Part shown: positions 60,886-64,000 of the stretch, in pieces
Numbering within the stretch: position 1 is the first letter of the stretch
Layout: each line of letters opens with the position of its first letter
Assembly: GCA_003599235.1 (NCBI GenBank)
Contig: QZJE01000003.1
Span: 3,779 to 67,778, forward strand
Direction of reading: 5' to 3'
From: Actinomycetota bacterium
GTDB taxonomy: Bacteria > Actinomycetota > Aquicultoria > SURF-47
DNA length: 64,000 nt
Translations under genes and position numbers: made by a program
Notes under the pieces: generated by a model
The model's database searches: none
Told to the model about the DNA's origin: nothing
What the model saw: only the letters and a program-made list of their open reading frames with translations

Positions 60886-62992
60886 TACTCTCCTTGTATT
60901 GTGCCACTCCTACCTGGTTAAATAGTGTATCCTGACTAGTCTTTAAGCTCTTGACCTTTATAGCAAAGATGGCGATATCATCAGCTAATTCTCCTTTAGT
61001 ATAATGCTCAACATCGGCGATAACTGCATTTACAATAGCTGAAGGACCCAAATCGCATAATTGCTTAATTTTTTCCTCTAGTCTTGCAAGCCCATACATT
61101 TCATCACTGTTTCGAGCCTCTATTAAACCGTCTGTATAGAAAATTAAAATATCGTCTTCTAAAAGATAAGTTTGGCCTTGCTTAAAATTTTCATTTTCAA
61201 CTACTCCCAAAGGAATTGAGCCCTCTTCAAGACGAAGTAATTCACAGCTTAAGTTTTTATAAACCAGCAATGGATGATGTCCGGCTAACACGTAGGAGAG
61301 TTTTCCTGTGCTTAAATCTAATAATCCATAGGCCATGGTAATAAATTCAAAACTTGATTCCTCATTTGATAAGGCATTATTTACTCTAGACATCACCTCA
61401 GATGGTAAAGGATTTTCGTATGCAAAGGCTCTAAGAGTGTTCTTAGCTTTTGCGGTAGACGTTGCCGCTTTAATTCCTTTGCCGGAGACGTCCCCAATAA
61501 CCAGCCCAATATGGTTATTATCTAAAGTGAAAAAATCCAAGAAGTCCCCACCCACCATCGCTCCGCTTGTTGCCGTTCTGTAAACAAAGCCTAAATCAAC
61601 CTGGTCGTGAGAAGGCAGGCTTGGCAGCAGACTAGACTGCAAGGTGTCGGCAATATGGTGCTCTTGATTAAAGTTGCGGGCATTTATTAGTGCTACCACT
61701 GCGTGAGCAGCTAATATCTCACAGATTGCTTTATCTGTATCGCTGAAGACATTATCTTTTCCTATTATAAGGAAACAATTTAGATGATGATACGGACTTG
61801 TAGCAGGAATTAAGGCTAAATAATTAGGGAAATTATGTATTCGTGCCAAATCAAGCTCTTTTTTTAGTTTATCGGATTTGAAATAGGTAATTTTTCGGTT
61901 CGAAAACTTATTTTTAAATAAATCTTGCTCTCTTGAAGTTAGAGTTGATTGCTTAACATAAGCTCTATTTTTTCCCTTTTTATAACTAAACATCTGTAGT
62001 GGATGTGATTGCCGGCTATAGCAGATTTTGCCGTAGTTTGAGCCGGTCAGCATAGCTGCCCCTTTAAGTAATACCTTTAGGATTTTTTCTTCATCTAAAT
62101 ACTTATTAAGTTTTAAACTCAAACCATGAAGCATCACCAACTTATCTGCTTGATTTTCCAGAAAGCGGTATAAATTAGCATTGTGTATAGCGTTGGCAAT
62201 TTGGCTGGTATAAACATTGATTAATTTAGCTGTTTTTAAGGTAATGTTTTCTCTAAAGGCTAAACCGATAACGCCAAGGGTCTCATCCTTGTGTGACAGT
62301 GGCAAACCAAGTAAGCAATTAATATTAAAATCCGCTAAAACCTCTTTAAAAGGAATGTTAGTATTTTTAATATTTTTTATTATTATTTCTTTTTGCAAAG
62401 AGAAAACTTTTCCACTAAATCCCTTACCTGGTTTAGTCTTTACATCCCTGTATAATATCCTTATTTTTTGATAATCTTTTTTGCAATAAATCCTATGCAT
62501 CTCTAGTAAGTGCGATTTTTCGTTGTAGAGTAGTATCCACACAGCAACGGCACCAAAAAGCTCTGCTATCTTTCTCTCCGCTTTTTTTTCCACTTCTGCC
62601 AGATTAGTTGTCGAATTGACCGCTTTTTTTAAATCAACCATCCCCTTAAGATACTTAAGCTGTTTATCATAGTTTTGGATAGCTGTTTTTAAGGCATTGC
62701 ATAGAACATTAACCTCTATATAAGGAGAACTCTCTAAATATTTATCAACATTAGCCCGGCCGGTTTTTTGTATTTCTTCAGCTAAATTAATTAACGGCAG
62801 ACTAGTCCTAAGTCCCCCATAAGCTCCTATTATCGTTGAAGCAATAATGGCTATAGGAATATAGGTCTTAACAAAGTGATCAGGCAGACTATGGCCTAAA
62901 ATAATATCAATTAGAAGAAGCAGTATGAATGGAGCAGCACAAGTTAGACAAGTAAGAACAATCTTTTGTTGGATGTTCTTTACCCGAAACAT
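60878..62992 (-). CDS. Membrane-anchored GAF-containing PP2C (SpoIIE/RsbU-family) phosphatase
   Basis: Two N-terminal TMs, GAF-like segments, VGGDFLD, GDVSGKG, YTDGLIEA, DDIA. Confidence 0.9.
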   Translation of the reverse strand: MFRVKNIQQKIVLTCLTCAAPFILLLLIDIILGHSLPDHFVKTYIPIAIIASTIIGAYGGLRTSLPLINLAEEIQKTGRANVDKYLESSPYIEVNVLCNALKTAIQNYDKQLKYLKGMVDLKKAVNSTTNLAEVEKKAERKIAELFGAVAVWILLYNEKSHLLEMHRIYCKKDYQKIRILYRDVKTKPGKGFSGKVFSLQKEIIIKNIKNTNIPFKEVLADFNINCLLGLPLSHKDETLGVIGLAFRENITLKTAKLINVYTSQIANAIHNANLYRFLENQADKLVMLHGLSLKLNKYLDEEKILKVLLKGAAMLTGSNYGKICYSRQSHPLQMFSYKKGKNRAYVKQSTLTSREQDLFKNKFSNRKITYFKSDKLKKELDLARIHNFPNYLALIPATSPYHHLNCFLIIGKDNVFSDTDKAICEILAAHAVVALINARNFNQEHHIADTLQSSLLPSLPSHDQVDLGFVYRTATSGAMVGGDFLDFFTLDNNHIGLVIGDVSGKGIKAATSTAKAKNTLRAFAYENPLPSEVMSRVNNALSNEESSFEFITMAYGLLDLSTGKLSYVLAGHHPLLVYKNLSCELLRLEEGSIPLGVVENENFKQGQTYLLEDDILIFYTDGLIEARNSDEMYGLARLEEKIKQLCDLGPSAIVNAVIADVEHYTKGELADDIAIFAIKVKSLKTSQDTLFNQVGVAQYKESIN

Positions 62993-63103
62993 CCTTGCCC
63001 CCCAGGATTGAAATTCATCATATACTACTCGGCTAGCGCTGACAAGATAGTATTATAAGGCAGTAAGTGGTGTGTAGTTATTCAAAACTGTTATGCTATA
63101 CCA

Positions 63104-64000
63104 ATGACACGCGTTCGCTTTGCTCCTAGTCCAACTGGACACTTGCATATCGGCGGGGCTAGAACTGCCCTATATAACTGGCTTTTTGCTAAACAGAACA
63201 AGGGCAAGTTTATATTAAGAATTGAAGATACCGACCAGAGCCGCTCTACTGATAAAGCGATAGAAGCTATCATCAAGAGTCTAAGCTGGCTTGGCCTAGA
63301 TTGGGATGAGGGCCCGTTCAGACAGACTGAACGCCTTTATTTATATAAAAAAGCTGTAGACAAATTGCTAAAAGAGAAAAAGGCTTACTATTGTGATGCA
63401 GACAAAGGTAACCCGGCTGTCCGTTTTAAGGTACCTCAAGAAAAGTTAGTCGTCGATGATTTAGTTTATGGCAAATGTGAGTTTGACTCTGCTAACATCG
63501 AAGATTTTGTTATCCTGCGTTCTAACGGCATGCCCACTTTTCATTTATCGGTAGTTGTTGATGATGCCGAAATGAAGATAACTCATGTTATCAGAGGAAA
63601 CGACCATTTGCCAAATACCCCTAAGCACATCTTAATATTCAAGGCACTAGGTTACGATATCCCTCAGTTTGCCCACCTGCCGATGATCTTAGGACCTGAT
63701 AAACAGCGTCTTAGTAAGAGACATGGCGCCACCTCGGTTGAAGAATTCAAAGATCAAGGATATTTGCCAGAAGCAATGCTTAATTACCTGGCTCTGCTTG
63801 GATGGGGATTTGATGAGAAAACTACCTTCTTTAGTACTGATGAGTTGATTAAAAACTTTTCACTTTCTAGGGTTTCTAAAAATCCTTCTGTCTGGGACCA
63901 ACCCAAACTAGACTGGATGAATGGTAGCTATATTAGGAATCTTTCTCTAGAAGAGTTAACTAAACAAGCCATCCTTTTTTTACAGCAAACTGGCTTGATT
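63104..64000 (+). CDS. gltX: Glutamate-tRNA ligase, 3'-truncated by window edge
   Basis: Manual translation MTRVRFAPSPTGHLHIGG..LRIEDTD..THVIRGNDH..LSKRHG. Confidence 0.96.
   Translation, partial: MTRVRFAPSPTGHLHIGGARTALYNWLFAKQNKGKFILRIEDTDQSRSTDKAIEAIIKSLSWLGLDWDEGPFRQTERLYLYKKAVDKLLKEKKAYYCDADKGNPAVRFKVPQEKLVVDDLVYGKCEFDSANIEDFVILRSNGMPTFHLSVVVDDAEMKITHVIRGNDHLPNTPKHILIFKALGYDIPQFAHLPMILGPDKQRLSKRHGATSVEEFKDQGYLPEAMLNYLALLGWGFDEKTTFFSTDELIKNFSLSRVSKNPSVWDQPKLDWMNGSYIRNLSLEELTKQAILFLQQTGLI

Overview
AT-rich bacterial chromosomal segment, most likely from a deep-branching Actinomycetota lineage. This is an inference from the dnaK-grpE-dnaJ-hspR operon, the ftsA-less dcw cluster, the nif3/zinc-ribbon/RNase H/rnpB synteny and the SigB/SigF-type module. 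Left to right it holds: a >2760-aa secreted repeat protein running off the left edge (missed by the ORF track); tRNA-Gly-tig-clpP-clpX; a Met-specifier T-box controlling a threonine-synthase-like enzyme, sulfur carrier, MoeB-like enzyme and cysK; lnt, tsaD, rubrerythrin, tRNA-Trp, rpmG; a TPP-riboswitch thiamine operon; the dnaK operon with a ClpC-type ATPase; the dcw cluster; RNase P RNA; an expanded anti-sigma/anti-anti-sigma/PP2C cluster; and partial gltX. No transposase, prophage or CRISPR array was seen. Several families of small palindromic or heptameric repeats occupy gene junctions, and one has entered the tsaD reading frame. The strongest leads are the Met T-box sulfur-carrier operon (a probable non-canonical homocysteine route) and these small repeat elements.
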